A DNA stretch of 64,000 nt from an uncultured Actinomycetota bacterium. GTDB taxonomy: Bacteria > Actinomycetota > Actinomycetes > CAVWCF01. The stretch is taken from positions 1,376,001 to 1,440,000 of the forward strand of contig CAVWCF010000001.1 of NCBI GenBank assembly GCA_963753435.1, given 5' to 3'. This document shows positions 40,438 through 51,392 of this stretch, in pieces (position 1 is the first letter of the stretch; the number at the start of each line of letters is the position of its first letter). The translations under genes were made by a program, and so were the position numbers. A model generated the notes under the pieces. The model saw only the letters and a list, made by a program, of their open reading frames with translations. It did no database searches and was not told where the DNA came from.

Positions 40438-40638
40438 GGGGGTCGGCCCTCCTCATCGGGCGAGGCCGCTCCTGGGGATGCCCGGGAAGCGGCCTCGATT
40501 GAGCCGGAGTCTACCGGCTCGGGCGCCTCAGGGTGCCGCTGCCGGGCCGCTAGTGGACATATCCGCCGCGAACAGTCCCGTGTCGGGGAGCAGTACACCC
40601 CCTGGGGGTCGCGTGACGGCCTACGGGCGCGATTCGAA

Positions 40639-41151
40639 TCAGCCGTAGGTGTCGCGCGGGCCTCGGCCGGGCACGGTTCGCCGGCCCTTGCGCCAACTCG
40701 GTGCACTCGGACCGAGGACCTGCACCGAACTCACGGTGCCCGTGCCCACGTGCGCGCTGATGGCGGCCTCGACGGCCGGCAGCAACAGCCGCAGTTGCGT
40801 GGCCCAGGCGGTGGAGTCCGCCCGCACGCGCAGGACCCCCGATTGCGGATCCAGGGCTTCTGGTTGGCAGTGCTGCGCCACATCGGGGCCGACCAACTCG
40901 GCCCAGTCGGCGAACACGCGCCCGGCCCGGGTGCCGGTCTCCCAGCCGCGCTGGCCGACCAGGTCGGTCACCGCCGATCCGACCGCCTGCGGGTCGCGGG
41001 CGTCCGGGGCCGGCCCGGAGTACTCCCCGGGCTGGGGGATTTCGCGTGCGGAGCGGCGTTGTGGCTGACGCGGCGTGCGGCCGCGCAGCCGGCTCAGCAA
41101 CAGCCGGGCCGGGTCGGTGCGGCCTTCGGGCGGACCGACCGGGACGCTCAC
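40639..41151 (-). CDS. dciA: DUF721 / DciA family protein
   Basis: STAWATQLR, GRGPRDTYG; between recF and gyrB. Confidence 0.85.
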   Translation of the reverse strand: MSVPVGPPEGRTDPARLLLSRLRGRTPRQPQRRSAREIPQPGEYSGPAPDARDPQAVGSAVTDLVGQRGWETGTRAGRVFADWAELVGPDVAQHCQPEALDPQSGVLRVRADSTAWATQLRLLLPAVEAAISAHVGTGTVSSVQVLGPSAPSWRKGRRTVPGRGPRDTYG

Positions 41152-42272
41152 ACCAGCACCGTGCCGGACTCGATGTGGACTTGTCGACCCCGAAGCGGTT
41201 CAGGTACGTCGGCCTCCACAGCTGCGGTTACCAGGACCTGCTCGGCGCCGGCTACGGCTTCGGCCAGGGCTCCACGCCGTTGGGCATCAAGTTCGGCGAA
41301 GACGTCGTCCAGGATCAGCACGGGGTCGTCGCCGTCGGCAGCCAGTAGGTCGAAAGACGCCAGCCGTAAAGCCAGCGCGATCGACCAGGACTCCCCCTGG
41401 GAGGCGTAGCCACGAGCGGGCAGATCGTTCAGGATCATCACCAAGTCGTCGCGGTGCGGCCCAACGAGGGTTTGGCCGCGGTCAACCTCGTCGTCGCGCC
41501 GGTTGCGCAGCGCCTGGCCGAGCCACTCCGCCAGCCCGGTCGGGTCGCTGGCCGGGGGCTCGCCCGCGGCCGCGGCGTACTGCAGGTCAAGCAGGGCTTC
41601 ATCAGGGTTCCCGGACACCTGGCCGTAGCGCGCCTGCGCCAGCGGCCGCAGTTCGGTGAGCAGCGCCATTCGCGCCGCAGTCAGCTCGGCACCGAATGCG
41701 GCCACGTGCACATCCCAGGCATCCAAGGTGCTCAGATCAACACTGCGCCCGGACCGGCGAGCCGCGACCGCCGAGCGCAGCAGCGCGTTTCGCTGCTTCA
41801 GGACCCGCTCGTAGTCGGCCCGCACCCCGGCCAGTCGCGGAGTCCGGAGCACCAGCAGGTCGTCCAAGAACCTGCGGCGCTGCTCCGGGTCGCCCTTGAC
41901 CACCGACAGGTCCTCCGGCGCGAACAGGACGGTGCGCAGCAGCCCCAGGACCTCCCGGGCCCGCGGTAGATCGGCGCGGTTGAGCCGCGCGCGGTTGCTG
42001 CGGCCGGGCACGATCTCCAACTCCAGCAGCGCCTCGCGGCCGTCGCGATTGACCGCGCAGCGGATGACCGCGCGTTCGGCGCCGGACCGGATCAGCGCCG
42101 CATCGGTCGCCACCCGGTGGCTGCCGCCGGTGGCCAGATACCCGAGAGCCTCCACCAGGTTGGTCTTGCCCTGGCCGTTGCGGCCGAGCAGCAGGGTCAC
42201 CCCAGGATCGAGGGTCAGGTCCGCGGTCTCGTAGTTGCGGTAGTCGACGAGTCCTATGCGGGCGACATGCAC
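41148..42272 (-). CDS. recF: DNA replication/repair protein RecF
   Basis: GRNGQGKTN, GPHRDD, SQGE, LDDVFAELD. Confidence 0.96.
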   Translation of the reverse strand: MHVARIGLVDYRNYETADLTLDPGVTLLLGRNGQGKTNLVEALGYLATGGSHRVATDAALIRSGAERAVIRCAVNRDGREALLELEIVPGRSNRARLNRADLPRAREVLGLLRTVLFAPEDLSVVKGDPEQRRRFLDDLLVLRTPRLAGVRADYERVLKQRNALLRSAVAARRSGRSVDLSTLDAWDVHVAAFGAELTAARMALLTELRPLAQARYGQVSGNPDEALLDLQYAAAAGEPPASDPTGLAEWLGQALRNRRDDEVDRGQTLVGPHRDDLVMILNDLPARGYASQGESWSIALALRLASFDLLAADGDDPVLILDDVFAELDAQRRGALAEAVAGAEQVLVTAAVEADVPEPLRGRQVHIESGTVLV

Positions 42273-42275
42273 CGG

Positions 42276-43406
42276 TCAGCCCGCGAGGCGCACCGGCATC
42301 AGCAGGTAGCGGTACTCGCCATCTGGAGTGTCGCTGTCGCCAGTCAGTGGTTGCAGAACCGCCGGCTTGGTAGCAGTCGTGAAGCTGAACTGCACCTGTG
42401 GGCTGTTCATGGCGGTCAACCCGTCCAGCAGGTAACCGGGGTTGAACGCGATGGTGATCTCGTCCCCGGACAGGGATCCTTCGACTTCCTCGCGGGCCAT
42501 TGCACCTTCGCCGGACCCTGCCTCAAGAACGATCGTTCCGTCATTGAAAGTCAGCCGGACCGGCGTTGCCCGCTCCACCACCAGCGCGACTCGGCGCAGC
42601 GCGTCCATGAGCGCTTCGGTGGAGGTGGTGGCCACGGCAGCGGTCTCACTTGGCAGCAGGGACCGGTACTTCGGGAACTCCCCGGACAGCAGCCGCATGG
42701 TGGTTCGGTGGGCGTCGGCGGACAGGCCGAGGAGGCCGGCCCCGTCACCCCCGTCGGAAAGCGCGATCTCGACCGTCTCGCCGGTGAACGCCTTCGCAGC
42801 ATCCGCCAAAGTCCTGGCCGGCACCAGGGCGGCCAGGTCGATTCCGGTTTGGTTGGGGGTCCAGGACACCTCGCGCATGGCCAGGCGGTACCGATCGGTG
42901 GCCGCCCAGGTCAGACCGCGATCGGTTAGCTCTACGCGGATGCCGGTGAGGACGGGCAACGTGTCGTCGCGGCCGGCCGCGATCGCCACCTGGGCCACGA
43001 CGCGGGCGAACTCGGATCGTGACAGCGATCCGACGACGTCCGGCATGGCCGGAAGGGTCGGGTATTCATCCAGGCCAAGTGTCGGCAAGGTGAACCGCGA
43101 GCGACCGCATTCCAGTTCGACGCGAGGTTCGTTCTGGCTGGAGATCAGCACGTCTTGGTTAGGCAAGGTCCTGGCGATGTCGGCCAGGAGGCGCCCCGGA
43201 ACGAGGACGCGGCCCGGCTCGCTGACGTCGGCACCGATCTGGCACCGGGCAGCTACCTCGTGATCGAAACTGGATAGCCGGAGCCCGTCGTCGCCGGCCT
43301 CGAGGACTACACCGGAAAGCACCGGGATCGTCGGCCGCGCCGGCAGCGCCCGGGCCGCCCAACTGACCGCGTCCGCCAGATCGTCACGTGAGATGCGGAA
43401 CTTCAC
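42276..43406 (-). CDS. dnaN: DNA polymerase III beta clamp
   Basis: MKFRI, ATDRYRL, FNPGYL, YLLMPVR. Confidence 0.97.
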   Translation of the reverse strand: MKFRISRDDLADAVSWAARALPARPTIPVLSGVVLEAGDDGLRLSSFDHEVAARCQIGADVSEPGRVLVPGRLLADIARTLPNQDVLISSQNEPRVELECGRSRFTLPTLGLDEYPTLPAMPDVVGSLSRSEFARVVAQVAIAAGRDDTLPVLTGIRVELTDRGLTWAATDRYRLAMREVSWTPNQTGIDLAALVPARTLADAAKAFTGETVEIALSDGGDGAGLLGLSADAHRTTMRLLSGEFPKYRSLLPSETAAVATTSTEALMDALRRVALVVERATPVRLTFNDGTIVLEAGSGEGAMAREEVEGSLSGDEITIAFNPGYLLDGLTAMNSPQVQFSFTTATKPAVLQPLTGDSDTPDGEYRYLLMPVRLAG

Positions 43407-43776
43407 CGTGGTCCTCCCACCGGGTTGGTGTGCGGAACCCTATGGCGCGATGCACCCAGGGTCCGCACCGGCGGATGTACACAGGTCTCTTCATCCGCAG
43501 CCTGTTCAACAGTAGAAATGCAATCAATAAGTACCGACACAGTCATCACCACTGTGGAAGCTGGGGAAAAGCGGCGTTCCCGCAGGTCGGTACGGGTGTC
43601 GGCGGTCGGGTCATCCTGTGGACATGGTCGTTGCGACTGTGGGTGGAATCCGGGGCGCATCGACGGCTGGTGCCCTGTCAACAGGACATGGGCTGGAAAG
43701 GGTGATCTGTCCACAGGTTTATCCGCAGGCTGTGGGTTCATGATCGCTACCTGGGGTGATGGCTGGTATCCCAGGG
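43407..43776. other. oriC: Replication origin oriC (dnaA-dnaN spacer)
   Basis: Several mostly degenerate DnaA boxes (43491, 43553, 43617, 43707 CTGTCCACA, 43719 TTATCCGCA) and an AT-rich patch at about 43510-43535. Confidence 0.88.
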
Positions 43777-45192
43777 TTAGGCGGCGTTCCGCGCCTGTTG
43801 CTTGATGCGGTTGGTCAGCTCGGTCACCTGGTTGTACACGCTGCGGCGTTCCTGCATGAGGGTGCGGATCTTCCGCTCGGCGTGCATGACGGTGGTGTGG
43901 TCGCGGCCGCCGAATTGCTGCCCGATCTTCGGCAGGGACAGGTCGGTGAGCTCGCGGCACAGGTACATGGCTATCTGCCGGGCTGTCACCAGCACGCGGG
44001 ACCGGCTAGTCCCGCACAGGTCATCGAGTGACTGGCCGAAGTAGGCGGCGGTTTGGGCCATGATCATCGCTGCCGTCACCTCCCGGCTGCTGCTGTCAGC
44101 GATGAGGTCCTTCAGGACCACTTCGGCCAACGCCAGATCGACCTGCTGCCGGTTGAGGTTTGCGAAGGCGGTCACCCGGATCAGGGCGCCCTCCAGTTCG
44201 CGGATGTTCGTGGAGATCTTGCTTGCGATGTACTCCAACACCTCCGGCGGCACGGAGTCGGTAAGCCGTTCATAGGCGGCCTTCTTGCGAAGGATCGCGA
44301 TGCGGGTTTCCAGGTCGGGCGGCTGAACGTCGGTGATGAGTCCCCACTCGAAGCGACTACGCATGCGGTCCTCGAAGGCCTGCAGTTGCTTGGGCGGAAG
44401 GTCGGAGGTCACGACGATCTGCTTGTTCGCGTTGTGCAGCGTGTTGAAGGTGTGGAAGAACTCCTCCTGCGTCTGCACCTTGCCTTGCAGGAACTGGATG
44501 TCGTCCACCAGGAGCACGTCGACGTTTCGGTACCTGTGCTGGAAAGCGCTGGCCTTGTCGTCGCGGATGCTGTTGATGAAGTCGTTGGTGAACTCTTCGC
44601 TGGAGACGTAGCGCACGCGCGTTCCGGGGAACAGGCTCCGGGCGTAGTGACCGATTGCGTGCAGCAGGTGGGTCTTGCCCAGCCCGGATTCGCCGTAGAT
44701 GAACAACGGGTTGTAGGCCTTGGCCGGCGCTTCTGCCACTGCCACTGCGGCCGCGTGCGCGAATCGGTTGCTGGATCCGATCACGAAACGGTCGAACGTG
44801 TACTTGGGATTCAGCCGAGCATCGGAGTCCCGGGTACCGGTGACCGCGGTAGGCCGCTGCGGCTCAGCGATCGTCAGGTCGACGAACTCCTCTACGACGT
44901 CCTCGTCCTCGTCCTCACCCAGGTCCAGCGTCTCATCGACGGTGACGGCCAAGCGCACGTCGCCGGAGAGCCGATGGGCCAGCGCCGCTTCGATCGGGCC
45001 GCGCAGCTGGTTCTCAACCTGAGCGCGAATGAAGTCGCTCGGGACAGCGATGAGCGCGGTAGTTGTGGAGCCGTCGGGAACTAGGCCCAGCGGCTTGATG
45101 AGGCTGAGGAAGGCAGCGTCGCTGCCGGAGACTTCCTCCGAAAGGGTTTCCCTTGTGGCCGGCCAGACCTCCGCCAGATCCTGTGCCGTCAT
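43777..45192 (-). CDS. dnaA: Chromosomal replication initiator DnaA
   Basis: [30 protein letters not shown]; GGAGG RBS before ATG 45192. Confidence 0.98.
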   Translation of the reverse strand: MTAQDLAEVWPATRETLSEEVSGSDAAFLSLIKPLGLVPDGSTTTALIAVPSDFIRAQVENQLRGPIEAALAHRLSGDVRLAVTVDETLDLGEDEDEDVVEEFVDLTIAEPQRPTAVTGTRDSDARLNPKYTFDRFVIGSSNRFAHAAAVAVAEAPAKAYNPLFIYGESGLGKTHLLHAIGHYARSLFPGTRVRYVSSEEFTNDFINSIRDDKASAFQHRYRNVDVLLVDDIQFLQGKVQTQEEFFHTFNTLHNANKQIVVTSDLPPKQLQAFEDRMRSRFEWGLITDVQPPDLETRIAILRKKAAYERLTDSVPPEVLEYIASKISTNIRELEGALIRVTAFANLNRQQVDLALAEVVLKDLIADSSSREVTAAMIMAQTAAYFGQSLDDLCGTSRSRVLVTARQIAMYLCRELTDLSLPKIGQQFGGRDHTTVMHAERKIRTLMQERRSVYNQVTELTNRIKQQARNAA

Positions 45193-45254
45193 AACCACTA
45201 GGTCCTCCTTGATTCTGTTGGTCGGTGCGGTGAATCTCGCTGCAACGGGCAGGA

Positions 45255-45431
45255 AGTGGACAAACCACATCCACACCACGGTCCACAGGTTGTGGATAAC
45301 TGCTGGGGAAGTGGGGTGGAGGCGCGCTTCCTGTTCGGTTGCTGTCCTCCGTGCCCCGTCGACTCGGCGGGGAAGGCCGGCGGGCGGAAGGTAGCAAGCC
45401 CGGAGGCCCGCAAGTCAAGCGCTTGTCCACA
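45255..45431. promoter_or_regulatory. DnaA boxes in the dnaA-rpmH divergent promoter region
   Basis: Perfect TGTGGATAA (45291) and TTGTCCACA (45423), plus degenerate boxes at 45255-45287. Confidence 0.8.
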
Positions 45432-45641
45432 CCTTCCCGTGTGGTGAGAAGCACCCTTCGGCGTGGCGGATCAACATCAAAGGGCCGGTGTGCTAGGGGC
45501 GCTGTCTGACGGTTTGACCGTACCGCCGTCTGGAACGTACCTTTGGCCCGCCGGAAATCCGGCCGCTGTCGCATGCCTGCGCTTTGCGCGCCGGCGTCCG
45601 GTGGTGGCCGGCCTCGGATCCCTTTCGCTTGTGGAGAAGCC

Positions 45642-45776
45642 GTGAAGCGCACGTATCAGCCAAATCGCCGCCGTCGGGCCAAGACCCACGGCTTCCGCCA
45701 CCGCATGCGCACGCGCGCAGGGCGGTCGATTCTGTCGACGCGGCGCCGCAAGGGCCGCGCTCGCCTGGCTGCATAA
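45642..45776 (+). CDS. rpmH: 50S ribosomal protein L34
   Basis: [28 protein letters not shown]. Confidence 0.96.
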   Translation: MKRTYQPNRRRRAKTHGFRHRMRTRAGRSILSTRRRKGRARLAA

Positions 45777-45780
45777 GTCG

Positions 45781-46119
45781 GTGGCGGCACTCGGCCGGAT
45801 GCGCTCGAGCGCCGAGTTCAGCGCCACGGTCCGCCGCGGGCAACGAGCCGGCACACCCACCTTGGTGCTGCATTGGCTGGCGGATGCGGATGACGGCGAA
45901 CCTGCGAGAGTGGGGTACGTGGTGAGCAAGGCCGTCGGCAACTCGGTTACTCGGCATCGCGTCGTGCGGCGACTTCGCGCGCAGACCGCACAACGTGCCG
46001 AGCGCGTACCGGCCGGCAGTTGGCTGGTTGTGCGGGCGCTCCCGCCGGCGGCGACCGCTTCGTCGGCAGCCCTAGGCAGCGACGTGGGCCGCGCATTCGA
46101 TCGGCTTTGGGCGGCCTGA
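45781..46119 (+). CDS. rnpA: RNase P protein component
   Basis: RVGYVVSKAVGNSVTRHRVVRRLR; operon position. Confidence 0.9.
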   Translation: MAALGRMRSSAEFSATVRRGQRAGTPTLVLHWLADADDGEPARVGYVVSKAVGNSVTRHRVVRRLRAQTAQRAERVPAGSWLVVRALPPAATASSAALGSDVGRAFDRLWAA

Positions 46120-46454
46120 TGCTGGCGATGATCAACCGGGTGCTGGCCTGGCCGTTGCTGGCGTTGATCCGCGTCTACCAGCTGACGCTGTCGCCATTGC
46201 TGGGCGCGTCCTGTCGCTATCACCCCTCCTGCTCTCGATACGGGTACGAGGCCATCCGGGTCCACGGGCCGTTTATCGGGCTCTGGCTTGCCGTTTATCG
46301 GATCGGGCGGTGCAATCCTTGGGCTTTGGGCGGCGTTGACCCGGTCCCGCCCCGCGGCACGGCGTGGGGAGACCTGCTGCTTCGCCCGCATCGGGTCCAG
46401 GCCAACGAACAGCCTGTGGAAAAACCTGTGGATGACGATCGTGCCGCTGCCTGA
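46119..46454 (+). CDS. yidD: Membrane protein insertion efficiency factor YidD
   Basis: CRYHPSCSRY, RIGRCNPW, GGVDPVP. Confidence 0.92.
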   Translation: MLAMINRVLAWPLLALIRVYQLTLSPLLGASCRYHPSCSRYGYEAIRVHGPFIGLWLAVYRIGRCNPWALGGVDPVPPRGTAWGDLLLRPHRVQANEQPVEKPVDDDRAAA

Positions 46455-46481
46455 GCACCGACCAAGCTGGAAAGGGGCGAC

Positions 46482-47438
46482 GTGGGCCTTCTGAATCCGC
46501 TGTACGCAGCGGTGTCCTGGATTCTGGTTCGCTGGCACGACCTGTTCAGTCTCGTGCTGGATCCGGACAGCGGAGCCGCGTGGGCCCTGTCCATCGCCGG
46601 CCTGGTCGTGGTCATCCGAATCGCGCTGTTGCCGTTGTTCGCCAAGCAGATCCGAGCGCAGCGCGGGTTGCAGGCGCTGCAGCCGCAGATGCGCGAGATC
46701 CAGAAGAAGTACGCCAACGACAAGCAGAAGCAGTCCGAAGAGCTGATGAAGCTCTACCGGGAGACGGGTACCAACCCGTTCTCGTCTTGCCTGCCGATCT
46801 TCGTGCAGATGCCGTTCTTCTTTGCCCTGTTCCACGTGCTGAACTCCGTGGCCAGGGACCAGACCGTCGGCGTGATGACGCAGGCCCAGGTCGACTCCAT
46901 GAGCAGCGCGACGCTGTTCGGGGCGCCGATCTCCGCGACCTTCCTCGGCACGGACGACGTCAGCGTGAGAATCGTTGCCGCGGTCCTAATCGTGCTGATG
47001 AGCTTGACCACCTTCATCACCCAGCGGCAGTTGATGGTCAAGAACATGCCCGTGGGTGTGGACAACCCCCTTGCCCGCCAGCAGAAGATGCTTGTCTACG
47101 TCTTCCCGTTGATGTTCGCTGTTTTCGGAGTGAATTTCCCGATCGGCGTGCTCATCTACTGGTTCGTGACGAACCTGTGGACCATGGGTCAGCAGTTCTA
47201 CGTGATCCGCCGCAACCCGACGCCGGGCAGCGCCGCGTACGACGCGCTACAGGAGCGCAAGAAGGCGAAGGGGATCGGCGAACCGACCGCGGAATTGCCC
47301 GACGCCGACGAGGGACCCAAGGTCCAGCGGGTCCAGCCCACCAAGCAACCCCGGTCGAAGCGGTCCGGCGGCACTCCACCAAAGCCCGGCGGGAACTCCC
47401 CACGCTCCGGGGGCAAAAAGCCCTCCGGATCCAAGTGA
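46482..47438 (+). CDS. yidC: Membrane insertase YidC
   Basis: NPFSSCLP, QMPFF, YWFVTNLW. Confidence 0.95.
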   Translation: MGLLNPLYAAVSWILVRWHDLFSLVLDPDSGAAWALSIAGLVVVIRIALLPLFAKQIRAQRGLQALQPQMREIQKKYANDKQKQSEELMKLYRETGTNPFSSCLPIFVQMPFFFALFHVLNSVARDQTVGVMTQAQVDSMSSATLFGAPISATFLGTDDVSVRIVAAVLIVLMSLTTFITQRQLMVKNMPVGVDNPLARQQKMLVYVFPLMFAVFGVNFPIGVLIYWFVTNLWTMGQQFYVIRRNPTPGSAAYDALQERKKAKGIGEPTAELPDADEGPKVQRVQPTKQPRSKRSGGTPPKPGGNSPRSGGKKPSGSK

Positions 47439-47472
47439 TCCGTACCTTCGACAGTTGAAAGAGGCACCATCC

Positions 47473-47952
47473 GTGACTGACAAGCAGCCAGAGCGCGCCG
47501 TAGACCTCGAGCGGGAGGGCGACCTCGCGGCGGACTACCTCGAGGAGTTGCTCGACCTCGCCGACCTCGACGGGGACATGGATCTAGACGTGGAGGGCGA
47601 TCGCGCGATGGTCGCCCTGCTCGGGGCGGACCTGGAGCACCTGGTCGGGGAAGACGGTGAGGTCCTGGACGCGCTTCAGGAGTTGACGCGGCTGCATGTG
47701 CTGCGGGAAACCGGAAACCGGACCCGGCTCATGCTTGACGTGGCCGGCTTCCGGGCGCGCCGGCGGGCTGAGTTGACTCAGATCGGCACCGATGCGGCCG
47801 AGAAGGCGAAGTCAGGCGGCGAGCCGGTCCGGCTGGACCCGATGAACCCCTTCGAGCGCAAGGTGGTTCACGACGCGGTCGCCGCGGCCGGGCTCACAAG
47901 TGAGTCCGAAGGCGCCGAACCGCGTCGCTACGTGGTCGTGCTCCCGGCCTGA
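47473..47952 (+). CDS. jag: Jag/EloR-type KH-R3H RNA-binding protein
   Basis: LDALQELTRL, MNPFERKVVH, SEGAEPRRYVV. Confidence 0.9.
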   Translation: MTDKQPERAVDLEREGDLAADYLEELLDLADLDGDMDLDVEGDRAMVALLGADLEHLVGEDGEVLDALQELTRLHVLRETGNRTRLMLDVAGFRARRRAELTQIGTDAAEKAKSGGEPVRLDPMNPFERKVVHDAVAAAGLTSESEGAEPRRYVVVLPA

Positions 47953-47955
47953 CGA

Positions 47956-48588
47956 ATGGGCGATGTTTCCCGTGAAACATCGGCTCCGGCGCCGACGCTC
48001 CCGGAACGCTTCACCACCGCATCGATACCGCTGCGCCGGTACGCGGACCTGCTCGCCACCGACGGTGTTACCCGTGGCCTGATCGGGCCGCGGGAGGTCG
48101 AGCGCCTATGGGACCGGCACATTCTCAACAGCGCGGTCATCGCCGATCTGATCCCCTCGGGCGCCTCGGTCGTCGATGTGGGTAGCGGCGCCGGCCTTCC
48201 GGGGATCCCGCTGGCGCTGGTCCGGGCGGATCTGCAGGTGACACTCCTAGAGCCCCTGCTACGCCGGAGCGACTTCTTGCGAGAGGCTGTGACCGTGTTG
48301 GAACTCGCCGACCGGGTGCGGGTGGTTCGGGGCCGGGCGGAGGATCACCGCGACCGGTACCAGACCTGTGTGGCGCGCGCGGTGGCCCCGATGAGCCGGT
48401 TGGCACCATGGTGCCTACCGCTGCTGCAGCCCGGGGGCCAGCTGCTGGCAATGAAGGGGGCAGCGGCCCAGTCGGAGGTGACCGACGCCACCGAAGCGCT
48501 GGCCGGCGCGAAAGTAGACATCGTTACGTGCGGCGAAGCGGACCTGGACGTGGCTACAACCGTGGTCCGGGTCGTGGTGCCGCGGTGA
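47956..48588 (+). CDS. rsmG: 16S rRNA m7G527 methyltransferase
   Basis: RHILNS, DVGSGAGLPG, GRAE, ARAVA. Confidence 0.94.
   Translation: MGDVSRETSAPAPTLPERFTTASIPLRRYADLLATDGVTRGLIGPREVERLWDRHILNSAVIADLIPSGASVVDVGSGAGLPGIPLALVRADLQVTLLEPLLRRSDFLREAVTVLELADRVRVVRGRAEDHRDRYQTCVARAVAPMSRLAPWCLPLLQPGGQLLAMKGAAAQSEVTDATEALAGAKVDIVTCGEADLDVATTVVRVVVPR
47964..47979. promoter_or_regulatory. parS: parS site
   Basis: TGTTTCCCGTGAAACA, 1 mismatch to the consensus TGTTTCACGTGAAACA. Confidence 0.85.
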
Positions 48589-49460
48589 ATGTTTCACGGG
48601 AAACCGACACCCCGCTGGCCGCGGCAGCCGAGGCGGCCGCCCGAGTGCGGTCCGGGCGCGTCGAGGCCTTCCCCAGGCCCGAGCGGACCCGAATCGTCAG
48701 CATCGCCAATCAGAAGGGCGGGGTCGGCAAGACCACGTCGACGGTGAATCTCGCCGCGGCGTTGGCCGTCAGCGGGCAACGCGTCCTCGTGATCGATCTC
48801 GACCCGCAGGGCAACGCATCGACCGCCCTGGGCGTGGCCCACCACGTGGGGACACCCTCGGTGTACGAAGCGTTGGTCGATGACAAGCCACTCGCCGAGG
48901 CAGCCGTCACCGTGGACGGTCTGCCGAACCTGACGGCGGTGCCGTCGACGATCGACCTCGCTGGCGCGGAGATCGAACTGGTCTCGATGGTTGCCCGCGA
49001 GACCCGGTTGAAGCGGGCCCTGGAGACCTACCTGGCCGAGGTTCCCACCGACTACGTGCTGATCGACTCCCCGCCGTCCCTGAGCCTGCTGACGCTGAAC
49101 GGGCTCGTGGCCGCCGCCGAGGTACTCATCCCGATTCAGTGCGAGTACTACGCGCTGGAGGGTTTGGGGCAACTGCTGTCCAATGTGGACCTGGTGAAGG
49201 CGCACCTGAACCCGCAACTGGAGGTCTCGGCCTTCCTGCTCACGATGCACGACGGGCGAACCCGGCTGGCCGCCCAGGTGGCCGACGAGGTGCGCCGGCA
49301 CTTCGGTCAGCAGGTGCTGCGGACCGCCATCCCACGTTCGGTGCGGCTCTCCGAGGCTCCCAGCTACGGGCAGACGGTGCTCACGTACGACCCGGGCAGC
49401 CCGGGCGCTTTGGCCTACATCGAGGCGGCGGCGGAGTTCGCCGTGATCGGGAGGGAGTAG
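48585..49460 (+). CDS. parA: Chromosome partitioning ATPase ParA
   Basis: [34 protein letters not shown]. Confidence 0.95.
   Translation: MNVSRETDTPLAAAAEAAARVRSGRVEAFPRPERTRIVSIANQKGGVGKTTSTVNLAAALAVSGQRVLVIDLDPQGNASTALGVAHHVGTPSVYEALVDDKPLAEAAVTVDGLPNLTAVPSTIDLAGAEIELVSMVARETRLKRALETYLAEVPTDYVLIDSPPSLSLLTLNGLVAAAEVLIPIQCEYYALEGLGQLLSNVDLVKAHLNPQLEVSAFLLTMHDGRTRLAAQVADEVRRHFGQQVLRTAIPRSVRLSEAPSYGQTVLTYDPGSPGALAYIEAAAEFAVIGRE
48590..48605. promoter_or_regulatory. parS: parS site
   Basis: TGTTTCACGGGAAACC, 2 mismatches to consensus, at the parA start. Confidence 0.75.
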
Positions 49461-49462
49461 GG

Positions 49463-50419
49463 ATGAACAAGCGACCTGGAGGGCTCGGCCGCGGGCTGGG
49501 CGCGCTGATCCCGGGCGGCTCCTCGACTAGTCCACAAGTCGACAAACCGTCAACTGGTCCCGGCCACCCGACCCCGGGGGCCGCGGTTGCACCGACCGCA
49601 GCCGCCTCGACCACTTCCGGACCGTCGGCGGTGCCGGGGGCGCGCTTTGTGGAGATCCCGCTAGCGGACATCCGACCCAACCCGCGCCAGCCGCGGCAGG
49701 TCTTCGAGGACGAGCCGCTAACCGAACTGGTCGCCTCCATCCGCGAAGTGGGCATCCTGCAGCCGGTCGTCGTGCGGCCGGACTCCGAGGGATACCTGCT
49801 CATCATGGGTGAGCGGCGCCTCCGGGCTGCGGGTGCGGCCGGCCTGGACCGCATTCCAGCGATCGTGCGGGAAACCGCCGACGACGACCTGCTGCGCGAC
49901 GCCCTGCTCGAGAACCTGCAACGCGTACAACTGAATCCGCTGGAGGAGGCGGCTGCCTACCAGCAGATGCTCGAGGACTTCGGCTGCACGCACGAGGACC
50001 TCAGCCGCAAACTGGGCCGCAGCCGGCCACAGATCACCAACACCATCCGCCTGCTCAAGTTGCCGGCGGCGGTGCAACGTCGAGTGGCGGCCGGAGTTCT
50101 GAGTGCCGGTCACGCCCGCGCGCTGCTGGCTCTGGACGACCCCGCCGCAGCGGATCGACTCGCCGGAAGAATCGTCGCCGAAGGTCTTTCCGTGCGCACC
50201 GTCGAGGAGATCGTCGCCACCGGCGCGACGGCCTCGGCCCCCAAGGCGCAGCGTCGGGCGCCGAGCACGCCAACGGAGTTCCTGGCGGTGGCGGATCGTT
50301 TGTCGGAGCGTTTCGACACTCGCGTGCGGGTGAGCATGCGTTCCACGAAGGGCGCGGTCACCATCGAATTCGCCGGGCCCGATGACCTCGATCGGATCGT
50401 TCGACTACTGGGTGGCTGA
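49463..50419 (+). CDS. parB: Chromosome partitioning protein ParB
   Basis: [32 protein letters not shown]. Confidence 0.96.
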   Translation: MNKRPGGLGRGLGALIPGGSSTSPQVDKPSTGPGHPTPGAAVAPTAAASTTSGPSAVPGARFVEIPLADIRPNPRQPRQVFEDEPLTELVASIREVGILQPVVVRPDSEGYLLIMGERRLRAAGAAGLDRIPAIVRETADDDLLRDALLENLQRVQLNPLEEAAAYQQMLEDFGCTHEDLSRKLGRSRPQITNTIRLLKLPAAVQRRVAAGVLSAGHARALLALDDPAAADRLAGRIVAEGLSVRTVEEIVATGATASAPKAQRRAPSTPTEFLAVADRLSERFDTRVRVSMRSTKGAVTIEFAGPDDLDRIVRLLGG

Positions 50420-50443
50420 CTGGCCAGTTGGCTGCCGGGTCGG

Positions 50444-51382
50444 TTACGGATGCCGACCCGCGGCGGCCGCAACCAGATCCGCAAGTACCGGACCGAACCC
50501 AAGGCCGGCGGCGGCGACGGCCTGTGGGAACAGGCTGGTCTCAGTCATTCCGGGGGCGACGTTGGCCTCCAGGAAGTACACGACCCCACCTTCGACGATC
50601 AGGTCGATACGAGATAGGTCGCGCAGATGCAGCGCCTGGTGCGCGGCAAGGGCAGCGGTTTCGACCGCGGCGGCCACATCTGAACTCAACCGGGCCGGCG
50701 CGTAGAACTGCGTGGTGCCAGCGGTGTAGCGCGCGGCGTAGTCGTAGACCCCGGAGTCGGGCAGGATCTCCACAGCAGGCAAGACCCGCAGCCCACCGCC
50801 GTCGGACACCACCGAGACCGCCACCTCGGTGCCCGAGACGAATCGCTCGATCAACGCGGTGTCGCCATACGCGTAGGCGGCCACCATGGCCGCGGGCAAC
50901 TCCTCGAACTGTCGCACCACCGACATGCCTAGCGACGATCCGCCGCGGGTCGGCTTGACCACCAGCGGCAGCCCCAAGCGCTTCTCAACTGCGCCGAGCA
51001 GCACGCCGGCACCGAGCTCGCGGAACACCTCGGCGGGCAGGGCAACCGCGTCGGGCACGGCGACTCCGGCAGCTGCGACAACGGCCTTGGCGACAGGCTT
51101 GTCGAAGGCCACCCGACAGGCATCGGCGCGCGCACCCACATACGCGATACCGAGCAACTCCAATACGTCGCGGATGCTGCCGTCCTCGCCGGCGGCACCG
51201 TGCAGCATCGGCAGCACGACATCGGGTTGCCGATCATGCAGGGCGCCGATCAGTTGCGCGTCAACATCGGCGACGTCGGCGGGGATGCCGTGGTCCCGCA
51301 ACGCCTCGGCGACCCGGCGACCGGAGCGCAGCGACACGTCACGTTCGTGGGACAGCCCACCGGCCAGTACGACAACGTCCAC
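50444..51382 (-). CDS. D-alanine--D-alanine ligase family protein
   Basis: GGLSHERDVSLRSG, LHG..GEDG, GSSLG, EANVAPGMT; start moved to GTG 51382. Confidence 0.88.
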   Translation of the reverse strand: MDVVVLAGGLSHERDVSLRSGRRVAEALRDHGIPADVADVDAQLIGALHDRQPDVVLPMLHGAAGEDGSIRDVLELLGIAYVGARADACRVAFDKPVAKAVVAAAGVAVPDAVALPAEVFRELGAGVLLGAVEKRLGLPLVVKPTRGGSSLGMSVVRQFEELPAAMVAAYAYGDTALIERFVSGTEVAVSVVSDGGGLRVLPAVEILPDSGVYDYAARYTAGTTQFYAPARLSSDVAAAVETAALAAHQALHLRDLSRIDLIVEGGVVYFLEANVAPGMTETSLFPQAVAAAGLGFGPVLADLVAAAAGRHP

Positions 51383-51392
51383 TAGAGCTCCT

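Noticed and set aside
37804-41409. 1201-aa plus-strand ORF, and other long antisense ORFs such as 2052..3806, 32667..34616, 35839..37719, 50886..52454 and 61474..63258
   Set aside because: Shadow frames opposite well-supported genes (gyrA/gyrB and others); expected from stop-codon scarcity in high-GC DNA; no domain motifs.
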